IMG/VR virus record: IMGVR_UViG_3300007171_000004
Coordinates: 224,001-288,000 of that record
Reading direction: 5' to 3' (one strand)
From: a virus
Lineage: Duplodnaviria; Caudoviricetes
Length of the DNA: 64,000 nucleotides
Under the pieces are notes generated by a model. It made no database searches and was not told the DNA's origin. It worked only from the letters and a program-made list of their open reading frames with translations. This document shows positions 20,253-30,420 of this stretch, piece after piece. The translations under genes were made by a program, and so were the position numbers. Each line of letters begins with the position of its first letter. Position 1 is the stretch's first letter.

Positions 20253-21074
20253 TCAAACAGTATTATACTCAGAAGGCACTAATATGTCAAAGCGAATTTC
20301 AATCGGATAGTCAATTCCGCCAATAGGATAAAAAAAGAATTTATGATTTTCATTCTTTTGCACTTTAATATATAAAAAGTCATTTCTAGAATATGCTTTT
20401 TTAAATCCTGATTCATAAATTGTGTCTTTGTATTTGAAGATTATGTTGCCACTACCGCCTCTTGGACTGTATGACATTTTCAAAATACCTGATTTCTTTA
20501 TATCTACATTTAAACAAACTTCATACCCAAATTGACCATTTATATCATTGGGCGGATTTTCTCCAAGCCTGTGTATTGCGAAATTATCTAACTGATAATT
20601 ATAAACTTTTTTCCAATCATCATCAATAAGTAAGACGTGATTAATTTTTTTAGAAGAATTATCGAAAGAAATTTTAAATACAGAATTTTTTTTAAATTTG
20701 CCTTCTATTGCGCCTGATACGGTTTGATTAGGCTGCAAAATAATAGTTTTTTTAATTTGACCATCAATCTTATTATTTTTAAGAAACGAAACTGTAGCAT
20801 TAGAACCAGCTCTACCAGGATCTTTATCGACATTAAGGCCAAAAGATGCATTAGAAACAAAACTGGAATACAAATTAAATTTGATATTTCTATTTGTTTT
20901 GTTTATATAATGGAAGAAAAATTTATTTTTTGATTCTTCATTGAATCTATGTTCTATAATCGATCCACTTGAATAAATCTTCTCAGGATTATTCAAATAG
21001 ATAAATTTCCCAGGTTGAATCATATTCCAAACTACCAAAAAACAGTATAAAGATAACTTAGAATAATAAAACAT
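20253..21074 (-). CDS. Hypothetical beta-rich protein, possibly exported
   Basis: SD GGAGG upstream, hydrophobic N-terminus. Confidence 0.75.
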   Translation of the reverse strand: MFYYSKLSLYCFLVVWNMIQPGKFIYLNNPEKIYSSGSIIEHRFNEESKNKFFFHYINKTNRNIKFNLYSSFVSNASFGLNVDKDPGRAGSNATVSFLKNNKIDGQIKKTIILQPNQTVSGAIEGKFKKNSVFKISFDNSSKKINHVLLIDDDWKKVYNYQLDNFAIHRLGENPPNDINGQFGYEVCLNVDIKKSGILKMSYSPRGGSGNIIFKYKDTIYESGFKKAYSRNDFLYIKVQKNENHKFFFYPIGGIDYPIEIRFDILVPSEYNTV

Positions 21075-21179
21075 CTCAACCCCTCCAAGGAAAAGAAAGT
21101 CTGTAAGTTGTAATTAAAAAACAAATCACAGATAAAATACTTTTCTGAAAAATCTATTTTTTATCTTTTAGGTCAAGTC

Positions 21180-23501
21180 ATGAAATTCAATCTTTCGAAA
21201 TTAAAAACAGCAGCAAAGCCAACCGCACAAGATTTAGAGAATCAGCTTAGAGCAGAATTAGCACCTTTAGCAGAAATGTATCAACAAGGCAAGATTTCTC
21301 AAAAGGATATTTATAGACTCCTTGGTACTACAATCAAGAACTACCAAAATGAAATTATTGCTGAGGAACTTGAAAGATTTAGAAAGCCAGTTCAAGATTT
21401 AACAAGGCAAATTTCAAAACTTAAACCTGATTATGATCCTTCTGATATTTTATCTGAAGTTATGTCTAGCATTAATGTTGCAGTTATTCCTGAATTAAGA
21501 AGACTTTATATTTTAGCAAAGAAGAGAACAGAAGAATTATTTAAAGAAATTTCAATTACTACTGAACCAGAAAAACAAACCTGGGGCACATTTGTAGCAG
21601 ACGAAAAAACAAGAATTTTAGATGACACTAAAGCATCTTTTGAAGAGTTTGTAGATAAGATTTCTAGTATGTTCGGAAATATTTCTGAAGATGAAGCCAA
21701 AGTCTTAATTAGAAATATTCCTCAGCCAGCTAATATTGAAAAAAATCCTGAGTTGCTTGCAAATAGATTCAGTGGAATTGACTCTTATTTTTCAACAAAT
21801 ATTGTAGAGAAAAATCCACTTCCTCAATCCATGTCCAAATATGTAGAAGCCTCAAAAGCTGTGTTTTCATTTTTGACAGGTATCAGAAATAAGGCAAAAG
21901 AAACTTGGACCCAATATATGTCTGGAAGAGATCCAATGGCATTGGAACATTTGCCTAAGGTTGATATGCAAATTGATACAGACCCTTGGAATTTGTTAGA
22001 TCAAGCTGGTTATCAACTATCTGCTTTAATTGGCCCTATATCATATTGGAAAGTTGAAAATAAATCTGGCAATATTGAAAGCGATAGTAGTATAGATAGA
22101 TCATTCAATTCTGATGATGAAATTATTCGAAGAGTTCAAGAAACAGTAGCACAAGGTTATGATGACGATAGATTATTGTATATTTTAACAGATCCAAAAG
22201 AATTACAAGGCAACCCAATTTTAAATGATCCTAATTACAAAAGATTAAGAGCCTTGTTTACTGAAATTTTAAGAAGTAATCGATCTAGATTTAAAGACAT
22301 CTTGGTAAAAGCTGGTTTTCATGATCTTCCTGAAATTGTAGAAAGAGTAGATAAACTTCAAAAAGATCCTGTCTATGCAGATTTTAATCTTTATGTAAGG
22401 TCAAGACCAGAATCAAAACTATATAAAGTTTTAAGAGACGAATTTGACTTAAATCCATTGCCTTTTGAATCTAATATGAGAATGCCATCAGAATTTCCAT
22501 GGGGCAGTACAATTAAAACAGACTTTCTTTTACCAGCAGATGTCATTCAATATTCTGGTAGTGAATTGACAATTAAAAGACAAATTGTTTTCACTGGTGA
22601 ATATCTCGAAGGCCGAACAAAGTCTCAAGATCCTAAACAATTATATGGAGAAAAGCAATTCTTAGGTCCAGACGGTAAGCCTCATAAATTCAATATTAAT
22701 GTTGGTGGAATTTCAATCTCTAAAGAGATGAAGACTGGTGTTTCAGTAAAAGAACAAGATATTTATAATGCTACTGCTGATTGGAAAAAAGTCGCTCAAC
22801 CTGTTGTAGCATCTATGATTGGTTCAGCATCTCTCTACTTTACTGATGAAGATGCTAGACCTCCATATACTTCAGCTGCTAAAAAATTAGATCAACATTT
22901 TATTATTTACGATTTTGCTGGATGTAATGATGATACATGTGTAGCCATGAATTTACTCAAAAAAGTTGCTTCTGAAAATCCTAATAGTGAAGCTGCAAGA
23001 TATCTCGCTACACCAAGAGAATTTGATCAGAAGAAAAAACAACTTGATTATTTAGATGTTGTAAAGGCTAATTTTTTGATGTCTAAAGTATTTTCTGCTG
23101 CCATTGAGCGTTCATCTTCAAATAGTTTCACAGCAGAGTCCATGTATGCTCATTATGAATATTTGAAACAATTAAATCTTGACGAGCAAGATATTTTAAG
23201 AGAATATAGAAATACTCCAGATCAAAATGAAAAATTAAAACAAATTGCAGAATTAAAATTGTCTTTAAACAATTCACCTATGCAAGAATTTAAAGATAAT
23301 TTCGAAGAAGCTAAAAATCAAAAAAGATTTGCAAGAATTTTAGCTGGTTTTGATTACTTAAAAGAATTAGTAAGAAGCACAGATATATCCGATGTTGATC
23401 TTAGAGTTAAAACTAACGATTTACAAAGAGGCTTAAATATCATGGAGCTTAAAACCTCAGCTGAAAGAATTAAGTTAATTAGAAAATATGCCTCTTCTTA
23501 G
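21180..23501 (+). CDS. Large hypothetical protein, probably virion-associated
   Basis: 773 aa; N-terminus MKFNLSKLKTAA and C-terminus IRKYASS carry K-x-A motifs. Confidence 0.8.
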   Translation: MKFNLSKLKTAAKPTAQDLENQLRAELAPLAEMYQQGKISQKDIYRLLGTTIKNYQNEIIAEELERFRKPVQDLTRQISKLKPDYDPSDILSEVMSSINVAVIPELRRLYILAKKRTEELFKEISITTEPEKQTWGTFVADEKTRILDDTKASFEEFVDKISSMFGNISEDEAKVLIRNIPQPANIEKNPELLANRFSGIDSYFSTNIVEKNPLPQSMSKYVEASKAVFSFLTGIRNKAKETWTQYMSGRDPMALEHLPKVDMQIDTDPWNLLDQAGYQLSALIGPISYWKVENKSGNIESDSSIDRSFNSDDEIIRRVQETVAQGYDDDRLLYILTDPKELQGNPILNDPNYKRLRALFTEILRSNRSRFKDILVKAGFHDLPEIVERVDKLQKDPVYADFNLYVRSRPESKLYKVLRDEFDLNPLPFESNMRMPSEFPWGSTIKTDFLLPADVIQYSGSELTIKRQIVFTGEYLEGRTKSQDPKQLYGEKQFLGPDGKPHKFNINVGGISISKEMKTGVSVKEQDIYNATADWKKVAQPVVASMIGSASLYFTDEDARPPYTSAAKKLDQHFIIYDFAGCNDDTCVAMNLLKKVASENPNSEAARYLATPREFDQKKKQLDYLDVVKANFLMSKVFSAAIERSSSNSFTAESMYAHYEYLKQLNLDEQDILREYRNTPDQNEKLKQIAELKLSLNNSPMQEFKDNFEEAKNQKRFARILAGFDYLKELVRSTDISDVDLRVKTNDLQRGLNIMELKTSAERIKLIRKYASS

Positions 23502-24354
23502 TCCTGAATATATTTCTAAATGGTACTATTTAGAAGATTTAAACAATACAAATAATATTGTTTTAGTTCAGACCTGTAATCAAAATTTAGTAACTTCAGC
23601 AGAATCTAATCAATTAATGACTGGCCATGCTGGATCAATGTCTATAACTCCATCTCAATTTGACTGGAGTACATCTTTAAACAGCCCTATATTAGTAATT
23701 AATAATATAGTTCCAAGTGATTCAAGAATTCATAAAGATTTATTCACATTTGTTAAAGAAAAATATGATTATCTTTGTAATCATTTAAATTATGGCGGAG
23801 AACAATATCCATTAGACTCAAGTTATCTAATGAAAAAGTTCACAATAAAAATTGAAAATGATGTAGAAATAGATGCTGATTTAATTGGCAATATAGGAAG
23901 TTATTTTAAAAATACATTAGCCGTTGATAATGAAAATTATCAATTATCATCAAAAGACTTTATTGCTAGAACTATCAAATTCTATGACATTAATTTTTAT
24001 GTTAATGGAACTCAATTAAAATTGTTGACTGCAGATATTACTGCAAATTTTGATTATTCGAAAAATTATTTTATAAATTCAATGACTAGCATGCCATTTT
24101 ATGGTGTTAATTTTTTAAGAATCAATGGAAGAATAGAGTTCTTAATACCAGTAAGTGAATGGACAAGCTTTTCTGTCATAGAGCAGGAATACAACGCTTT
24201 ATTTACAGAACAAGCAAATGTATCGATACAAATACAAAATGAATATTTAAATCTAGGTCAAATTAATTTAAAAAATAGCCTTACGTTTAATTTAAATGGT
24301 TCATTAACTACAGTCTCCTTGACATTTGAAACGTATGCAAGATATCGAGAATAG
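23488..24354 (+). CDS. Putative tail-tube-like structural protein (paralog 1)
   Basis: Beta-rich, Asn/Thr-rich; paralogous to the next gene (MPLL.P..IS.WY, PILVIN, ARxxKFYD, FxTYxR). The CDS is solid; the function is a guess. Confidence 0.4.
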   Translation: MPLLSPEYISKWYYLEDLNNTNNIVLVQTCNQNLVTSAESNQLMTGHAGSMSITPSQFDWSTSLNSPILVINNIVPSDSRIHKDLFTFVKEKYDYLCNHLNYGGEQYPLDSSYLMKKFTIKIENDVEIDADLIGNIGSYFKNTLAVDNENYQLSSKDFIARTIKFYDINFYVNGTQLKLLTADITANFDYSKNYFINSMTSMPFYGVNFLRINGRIEFLIPVSEWTSFSVIEQEYNALFTEQANVSIQIQNEYLNLGQINLKNSLTFNLNGSLTTVSLTFETYARYRE

Positions 24355-24362
24355 GATCTTTT

Positions 24363-25373
24363 ATGCCACTTCTAGCCCCACAGCTTATTTCTACATGGTA
24401 TTTGTTTCAGCAAAATCTCAATAATCAAAGCCTTATTCGTATTGTTGAAGATTGGACAGAACAACAAACCCAAGATTTAAATGAAAAGAAATTAATACAG
24501 GGTTCAAACGGAACTCATGTAATGGATGTTGGTGGTATTATTTGGGAAAATACAGTTAGAGCACCAGTTTTAATTATTAATCAAGCTACTGGTTATTCTA
24601 GTAGATATACAGACATTTTTGATCTATTATCTTATTCTTTCAATGCAACAAGATCCCCGTTTTTAGATCCTACATTAACTTTTTTAATGAAAAGTGCTGA
24701 TATAACAGTTGATCAATCTGGTGGTAGATGTGATATATCTTATTTATCTCCTATTCCAATGTCAAGAACACTAAATGCAGAAACTTATAAGACTATTGAT
24801 GGAAATGGAAATTATATAAATGTTTCTCCTCCATTTTTAAGAGTTTATGCACCTGAAAATTATAATGTATTGCCAGACTTTATTGGAAGAGTTGCTAGAT
24901 TCTATGATTTTTATGTTTCGTTTTTTGATACTGCAACACAATCATATACATCTTTCCCAGTATTGAATGCAAAGATTAATTTTACTTGTAATATTCAAAA
25001 GAATTATTTTATTGGTTTTTACTCTCAAACTCCATTTTTGTCTGTTCAAGATTATTCTATTTCTGGAACTATGACAATTATGGCAGCTCCAGCAAGTTTT
25101 AGATCTTTTGAAATTGATCCGCAAGTTGGGTATAACTCTGAAGAAAATTCATTTACGGGACCTGGTGTTCTTACTCCTATCAATGTTCAAATGGCAATAG
25201 GAGTAGCTGGTACTGCTTCAGATAGTTCAACAATTAGATCCCCTCAAAGAGAAATTTATTTAGGTTCAGCATCAATGAGATCTAATGTAACAAGAAATAT
25301 GTCTCCTAACGAGATTACAAAGATTACTATAGACTTCAAGACATATACAAGACCATCTACTTCTGTATCTTAA
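24363..25373 (+). CDS. Putative tail-tube-like structural protein (paralog 2)
   Basis: Shares MPLLAPQLISTWY, APVLIIN, ARFYDF, FKTYTR with 23488..24354. Confidence 0.4.
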   Translation: MPLLAPQLISTWYLFQQNLNNQSLIRIVEDWTEQQTQDLNEKKLIQGSNGTHVMDVGGIIWENTVRAPVLIINQATGYSSRYTDIFDLLSYSFNATRSPFLDPTLTFLMKSADITVDQSGGRCDISYLSPIPMSRTLNAETYKTIDGNGNYINVSPPFLRVYAPENYNVLPDFIGRVARFYDFYVSFFDTATQSYTSFPVLNAKINFTCNIQKNYFIGFYSQTPFLSVQDYSISGTMTIMAAPASFRSFEIDPQVGYNSEENSFTGPGVLTPINVQMAIGVAGTASDSSTIRSPQREIYLGSASMRSNVTRNMSPNEITKITIDFKTYTRPSTSVS

Positions 25374-25390
25374 ACTGTACAAAATAATTA

Positions 25391-25876
25391 ATGTGTACTT
25401 ATGAGAGTCTTGAAAATTATCAAGAAATTTTAACCTTTACTATTCCAGGTCGTCCAGCTACTAAAAAAACTTCTCAAAGAGTTGTAAGAATTGGAAGGAT
25501 GACTAAAGTTCTTCCTTCTGTGACTTATGAAAAATACGAGAAGAATTGTAGAGAGCATTGCGAAAACATCTGGAAAAATGCTGGAAATGATCCAATTGAT
25601 TGTGGTATTGGAATTTATTATAAGGTTTATCTAGATTCTTATATCATTGGAGACTCTACAGGATATTTTCAAGCTATTGGTGATATTCTAGAAAAATTTG
25701 GAGTGATTGCTAACGATATGTGGATTCATTGGCTTTCTGATGATACACATGCAATTGCCATAGATAAAGCTAATCCAAGATGTGAAATCAAAATTGTAAG
25801 ATATAAACATCCTTATGAAGCATATAGGATGGAAAAGATTGCTAAAGAAAATAAGAAAAATAAAACCCCAGTTTAA
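25391..25876 (+). CDS. rusA: RusA-like Holliday junction resolvase (divergent)
   Basis: FTIPGRPATKK start, GDSTGYFQAIGDIL (variant of D..N..K...D.L), IANDMW, C-terminal DKANPRCEIKI. Confidence 0.65.
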   Translation: MCTYESLENYQEILTFTIPGRPATKKTSQRVVRIGRMTKVLPSVTYEKYEKNCREHCENIWKNAGNDPIDCGIGIYYKVYLDSYIIGDSTGYFQAIGDILEKFGVIANDMWIHWLSDDTHAIAIDKANPRCEIKIVRYKHPYEAYRMEKIAKENKKNKTPV

Positions 25877-25887
25877 CCTGGGGTTTT
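25862..25887. terminator. Bidirectional intrinsic terminator
   Basis: AAAACCCCAG-TTTAAC-CTGGGGTTTT between convergent genes. Confidence 0.75.
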
Positions 25888-25889
25888 AT

Positions 25890-26225
25890 TTACTCTGCAG
25901 CTGGTTCTTCAACAACTGGAGGAGGAGCTACAGGACGAACATAGTGTGGTTCGGTATCTGTAATACTAAACTCACCTTCAACACCAAGAGGCTCAATTAC
26001 TGTCTTAAATGATTCTTGAAGATCATCTTGTGCCTTCATGATATCGTTGTCGAGAGTTGCCTTTCGCTCCTTGGCTTGCTCATACTGCTTCAAATTCTCT
26101 TCAAAACTCATGAGCCAATCAAGAATGTCCGACTTCTGTGCCTTAAGCTCCAATACAACTTGACGCTTTGCAACGAGCATCAAATAATCATCATGCGAAA
26201 TCTGTGGATCTGTATTTTCTTCCAT
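25890..26225 (-). CDS. Small acidic coiled-coil hypothetical protein
   Basis: 111-aa ORF, SD-like AGG upstream. Confidence 0.75.
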   Translation of the reverse strand: MEENTDPQISHDDYLMLVAKRQVVLELKAQKSDILDWLMSFEENLKQYEQAKERKATLDNDIMKAQDDLQESFKTVIEPLGVEGEFSITDTEPHYVRPVAPPPVVEEPAAE

Positions 26226-26286
26226 AATTTTCCTACCCTTATTAACTAGGTACTTGTATTATACCCAAAATCAGATAGAATAAGAC

Positions 26287-26958
26287 ATGATTATTTACAT
26301 TAGTCCATCTGATTTTGCATTTCTTTATAAGCAATCAAAATGGGGATTTCATCAAAAGTGTATGAAGAATATTCGTAGACCTTTTCTTCCAATGCCAGGT
26401 ATTTTTAATGTTATTGATGCTGGAATGAAAGAATATCTCAAGAGTACTAAAAAACCTAATATTAAAAATACAGATATCTTTAATGATTTTGAATTTAAAT
26501 TTGAAGACGCTGCTGTTTGTTCACGTCCTATTGTAAATTCAGATTTTCCAGATGTTCAAGTATGTCTTCGTGGAAAGCTAGATGGTATTTACACTAATGG
26601 ATCTCAAAACTATTTAATCGACTTAAAGACAAGTTTTACAGACCCTGATTCTCTTAAAAAATACAATTTACAACTTAATTCATATGCTTTTGCTCTTCAA
26701 AATCCTTATGATGAATTTTGTGTAACCATGGACATTTATAAAGCTGGATTAATTGTGTATGAACCAGAGTCTTTTAATGAATTGGGCTTGATGGGCGGAA
26801 TGGCATGGCATGAGACAAAACTGAATTTAAATGCTTTTGAAAAATATATTCAAGATACAATTATTCCATTTTTAGCTGGACCAGAACCTAATGCAGAAGA
26901 ATCAGATCCTTTTTATGATTATTTATATAAATTAGGCTTTAGAAACTCAGAAAGCTAA
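26287..26958 (+). CDS. PD-(D/E)XK nuclease (RecB/Cas4-like superfamily)
   Basis: LRGKLDGI...YLIDLKTS...YNLQLNSYAFAL. Confidence 0.8.
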   Translation: MIIYISPSDFAFLYKQSKWGFHQKCMKNIRRPFLPMPGIFNVIDAGMKEYLKSTKKPNIKNTDIFNDFEFKFEDAAVCSRPIVNSDFPDVQVCLRGKLDGIYTNGSQNYLIDLKTSFTDPDSLKKYNLQLNSYAFALQNPYDEFCVTMDIYKAGLIVYEPESFNELGLMGGMAWHETKLNLNAFEKYIQDTIIPFLAGPEPNAEESDPFYDYLYKLGFRNSES

Positions 26959-26972
26959 AAGGAATTTATGTT

Positions 26973-27003
26973 GACACTCCTGTAAAATAACTTCAGGAGT
27001 GTC
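26973..27003 (+). promoter_or_regulatory. 10-bp hairpin sequestering the SD of the downstream gene (or terminator)
   Basis: GACACTCCTG-TAAAATAACTT-CAGGAGTGTC; SD CAGGAG lies in the 3' arm, ATG at 27011. Confidence 0.55.
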
Positions 27004-27010
27004 TTTTATT

Positions 27011-27979
27011 ATGCCAAAGTTTGTGGATGATTTTGTTTCCGAAAGATTAAAAGATAAATCGTTCTATCCTGAGCTAAGTGAAAAAGAACGCAAGTCTATT
27101 GCATTCGCAATAGCATATAAAACATTAAATGAAAAAAAGCAAAAGAAAAATAAAAAGAAAAGCTTTTTTATTGGTGTTAATACAAGATACTCCGAACTCT
27201 TAAGATTATGTCGTCATTTAGATCATAAAGGTCAATATCGTACTGCTGATAAAATTGTAGAGGCTTTAAACCGTGGAGAATTCTGGATTGAGGATGATGG
27301 CTCCACTATATATGCAGATGGTGATGTTGGTGATTTGAATCATGCAATGGTAGCTGAACAAGAAATGATATCTAGGTTGGGTATTTATTTCGAAGATGAA
27401 ATCTACTCTATCGAAAATGCTAGAGAATTGTTTTATCAATCTATTAATGACGAAGGTGCTTATGGCCCTGATGGTATAGAAGATTATATTCAAGATCTTA
27501 AATCTGATTATGGAGATGATTGGGTTGATGAAGCTTCATTTGATCATTTTATTGTGTGGAATTCTACAAAACAAGCCCATAATCATCCTGCAATGTTAAT
27601 AGAGAGCCAAAAAACTTTAGAAGGATTTAAAGATCCTGTAACTTTTGCAATTGAAAACTATGGATGGATTAGAGCTGAGATTAATAGAAATTATGCAGCA
27701 TTTCAAACTAAAAATTTGAACAAGATGAATTTTGATAAAATCTTAGCATGTCTTCTTGGAGATTATCCTGAAGAGTCTAATATACAGCCAGATTATAAAA
27801 TTTCATTAGAAGTACAATCTCCAGTGGTTACATCTTTAAAATTTAATTATGATGAATTTAATTGGGATCATGTATGGGAAGAATTTAAAAGCTCTATTGG
27901 ATTAAAAGAGCCTGTTTCTGAACCTAATTTAGCTACTCCAAATATGCCTGAGTATTATCAAGGAAGAGAAGGCGATTAA
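27011..27979 (+). CDS. Hypothetical protein with internal LD..G.Y..AD.I helix and C-terminal YQGREGD
   Basis: Start moved to ATG 27011 after SD; LLRLCRHLDHKGQYRTADKI. Confidence 0.8.
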   Translation: MPKFVDDFVSERLKDKSFYPELSEKERKSIAFAIAYKTLNEKKQKKNKKKSFFIGVNTRYSELLRLCRHLDHKGQYRTADKIVEALNRGEFWIEDDGSTIYADGDVGDLNHAMVAEQEMISRLGIYFEDEIYSIENARELFYQSINDEGAYGPDGIEDYIQDLKSDYGDDWVDEASFDHFIVWNSTKQAHNHPAMLIESQKTLEGFKDPVTFAIENYGWIRAEINRNYAAFQTKNLNKMNFDKILACLLGDYPEESNIQPDYKISLEVQSPVVTSLKFNYDEFNWDHVWEEFKSSIGLKEPVSEPNLATPNMPEYYQGREGD

Positions 27980-29448
27980 TGACTAATTCCTTAGAACTAT
28001 TAAAACTTGCGGATTCATTAGATCGTCAAGGCTTTTATAGATTAGCACAAGAAGCCGAAGAATCAGCACAAGAACAAGCAACATCTCAACAAGAATTACA
28101 ACAAAATAATATTAATTTTTATGAAATGACTGGAAATACAGCTGAGTTATACAGTGCATATAATTATTTAAGACAACTTATTGGGCTTGGTCTTAATTCT
28201 AGATATTTTCAACAACTTATAACAACTTATAAATTAAATAATATTGATCAGATGATTGGTGTTTTTGCTAGATTAGGGAATACAAAAGCTGCTGATCTCT
28301 TAAAATCAATAAGTAATAATAAATTTTTAGCAGCTAGACAAAACAAATTATTTACTTATTTGAAAACATTTGAACCAGGAGCGCTTTTTACAGCTGATGA
28401 ATTGAAAATTCTTCAGAATGCTACAAAATATAATGCTCCTGCAATTGGGTCTGGTTTAAATACTATTGAAAGATTTAAAAATCTTTCTGGTATTTCACAA
28501 GAAGTTATTAACGCAAATCCAACTAAATTCAGAGATGTTTTAAGATTTATTGGAAATGGCCAAATCGAAGAAGCAGCAAATATTTTAAAAAGCATCGAAG
28601 GTTTAAATTCAAGTCAAGTGGATGCAATCTTATTTAATTCAAAAGCTATTCAAAGTGAAATAAAAGCTGCTGAAAATGTTTTAAAATTTGATCAAGTAGC
28701 CCTTCAAAAGGGTAATTCTGTATTCACAGCTTTAAGAGCTATGGCAGCAGAAATTCCCGTCATTGGTAAAGTAATTCAAGTTCTAGAATGGGGTATGTCA
28801 AAAGGACTTCCTATTCTTGGTATTATTGCTGGAGCTGTAGAAGTGGTTGCATATTCAAACCAACTTAAAAGTGCTCCAGAAGAAGAAAAAGCAGATATTA
28901 GAATGGACATTGCACAGGGAGTAATTAATATAATTGGTAATATTTTAATGCTTGTCCCAAATCCAATAGCACAATCAGCAGGTGGCATAATTCTTGGTTT
29001 AAATTTAGCTGCAGATGTAGTACAAGGTAAATCAAAAGATTGGATGGCACAAGCTGAAGGTTTCGATAATGCAGAGCAGATGAAACAAACAAAGCAAATT
29101 GCCGAACAAGATCTTTCTGTTGTTTCAAGCAATCCTGAAGTAACAAAAGCAATGGATTATCTAATCAAAAAAAATTGGGTGTATTTTGAATCCCCAGCTA
29201 GATATAAAAATGAAATTTCTCAAAAGTTAATGCCAAACAATGCTCTTGCAGATGTTGGTGGACTTTATGGTAGTGATAGAAATGCAAACTTTTGGAAGTG
29301 GTCTGGAAATACAAATTCTCCTGAATATTTAGAATTTGTTCAATCTCTGACTCAGTTGAAAAAGAAACTCTTTGATAGTTTTAGGCAACCTAGACAAATG
29401 ACTCAAAGAACTTCATGTAGAGCTAAAATTAAGCTAAAATATGCTTAA
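27979..29448 (+). CDS. Leader-bearing protein with hydrophobic helical hairpin (candidate ejection/membrane-inserting protein)
   Basis: N-terminal LLKLADSLDRQGFYRLAQ; hydrophobic GLPILGIIAGAVEVV and GVINIIGNILMLV..AGGIILGLNLAA. Confidence 0.6.
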   Translation: MTNSLELLKLADSLDRQGFYRLAQEAEESAQEQATSQQELQQNNINFYEMTGNTAELYSAYNYLRQLIGLGLNSRYFQQLITTYKLNNIDQMIGVFARLGNTKAADLLKSISNNKFLAARQNKLFTYLKTFEPGALFTADELKILQNATKYNAPAIGSGLNTIERFKNLSGISQEVINANPTKFRDVLRFIGNGQIEEAANILKSIEGLNSSQVDAILFNSKAIQSEIKAAENVLKFDQVALQKGNSVFTALRAMAAEIPVIGKVIQVLEWGMSKGLPILGIIAGAVEVVAYSNQLKSAPEEEKADIRMDIAQGVINIIGNILMLVPNPIAQSAGGIILGLNLAADVVQGKSKDWMAQAEGFDNAEQMKQTKQIAEQDLSVVSSNPEVTKAMDYLIKKNWVYFESPARYKNEISQKLMPNNALADVGGLYGSDRNANFWKWSGNTNSPEYLEFVQSLTQLKKKLFDSFRQPRQMTQRTSCRAKIKLKYA

Positions 29449-29485
29449 AATTGTATAAATAAAAATAAAAAAAGGAATTGATATT

Positions 29486-29737
29486 ATGGACAGAACATTT
29501 GTAATTTTTGATGTAACAGAAGTTGATAAGGTTGACTTCACCCAAGTACTTGAAACATCTGCAGATACTTTGAGAAAGAGTGTTGATGGAACTAAGACTT
29601 TCGTTAAGTGGGAAAGTGCAGAACCTACATTCTTAGCAGATCTTGAAACAAAGAGTGATCTTTATTCTTATGAAGAAATTCTTGCAATTCTTCAAACTCC
29701 AGAATGGACTGCACCAATGGATATGCCTACTCCTTAG
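29486..29737 (+). CDS. Small conserved-looking phage protein
   Basis: SD AAGG; VDFTQVLETSADTLRKSVDGTKTFVKW resembles a small protein type recalled from aquatic tailed phages (not verified). Confidence 0.7.
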   Translation: MDRTFVIFDVTEVDKVDFTQVLETSADTLRKSVDGTKTFVKWESAEPTFLADLETKSDLYSYEEILAILQTPEWTAPMDMPTP

Positions 29738-29915
29738 TCTTTTTCTTTCCTAAGGTTTTTAAATAAGCCTCAAGATTCTGACATATTTCTTGTTGAGATA
29801 ATTCAGTTTCTTGAGGCTTTGGTTTATAATTTATTAAAAAACCAATTAATATTCCACAAAAGAAAAAGAATATTAGGATTTTAAATTGCGAGATAATATT
29901 TCCAGTTTTCATCAA
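29727..29915 (-). CDS. Possible small membrane protein
   Basis: Single hydrophobic stretch ILIFFFFCGILIGFLI. Confidence 0.4.
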   Translation of the reverse strand: MMKTGNIISQFKILIFFFFCGILIGFLINYKPKPQETELSQQEICQNLEAYLKTLGKKKTKE

Positions 29916-30387
29916 TTGAATCTTTATGTTTACTTAAAATAGTACTAAATGAATATCGGGGTACTTTTGGACTAGACAAAAGCTTCATTCCAGATTTTTC
30001 TAAAGTTTTGCCAGCCTTTTTATAATTACATTTCTTGCAGCTTGTTACTAAATTTTGCCAAGATGTAATTCCACCTAAATGTCTTGGATAAACATGATCA
30101 AGAGTCAAATCAATATGTTTTTGACCACAATATTGACATGTAAAATTATCTCTTGCATAAACACCATAACGAGAAACTTTAAATTCAGTTCTAAACTTTC
30201 TCTTAGCCTTATAATTTAATCTAATAACAGAGGGAATTTCAAAACTTAATCCTCCACCTGAAACAAAAGTATCACCACTATAATGAAGAACATCAGCTTT
30301 ATTAAGAATAATTAATTTAATCGCTTTGTGAAGGGTGCAAATATTCAAAGGCTCATAATCTGAATTAAGCAAAAGAACTCTAGACAT
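29881..30387 (-). CDS. HNH endonuclease (McrA-like with Zn ribbons)
   Basis: VLLLNSDYEPL, PSVIRL, RDNFTCQYCG, TLDHVYPRHLGG, NLVTSCKKCN. Confidence 0.92.
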   Translation of the reverse strand: MSRVLLLNSDYEPLNICTLHKAIKLIILNKADVLHYSGDTFVSGGGLSFEIPSVIRLNYKAKRKFRTEFKVSRYGVYARDNFTCQYCGQKHIDLTLDHVYPRHLGGITSWQNLVTSCKKCNYKKAGKTLEKSGMKLLSSPKVPRYSFSTILSKHKDSIDENWKYYLAI

Positions 30388-30420
30388 GTTTTATTCTACC
30401 ATCTATTATGATCATCTACA

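Noticed and set aside
26287-26958. PD-(D/E)XK nuclease as Cas4 of a CRISPR system
   Set aside because: Lacks the four-Cys Fe-S pattern of Cas4, and no cas1/cas2 or array is nearby. Stand-alone nucleases of this fold are common in phages.
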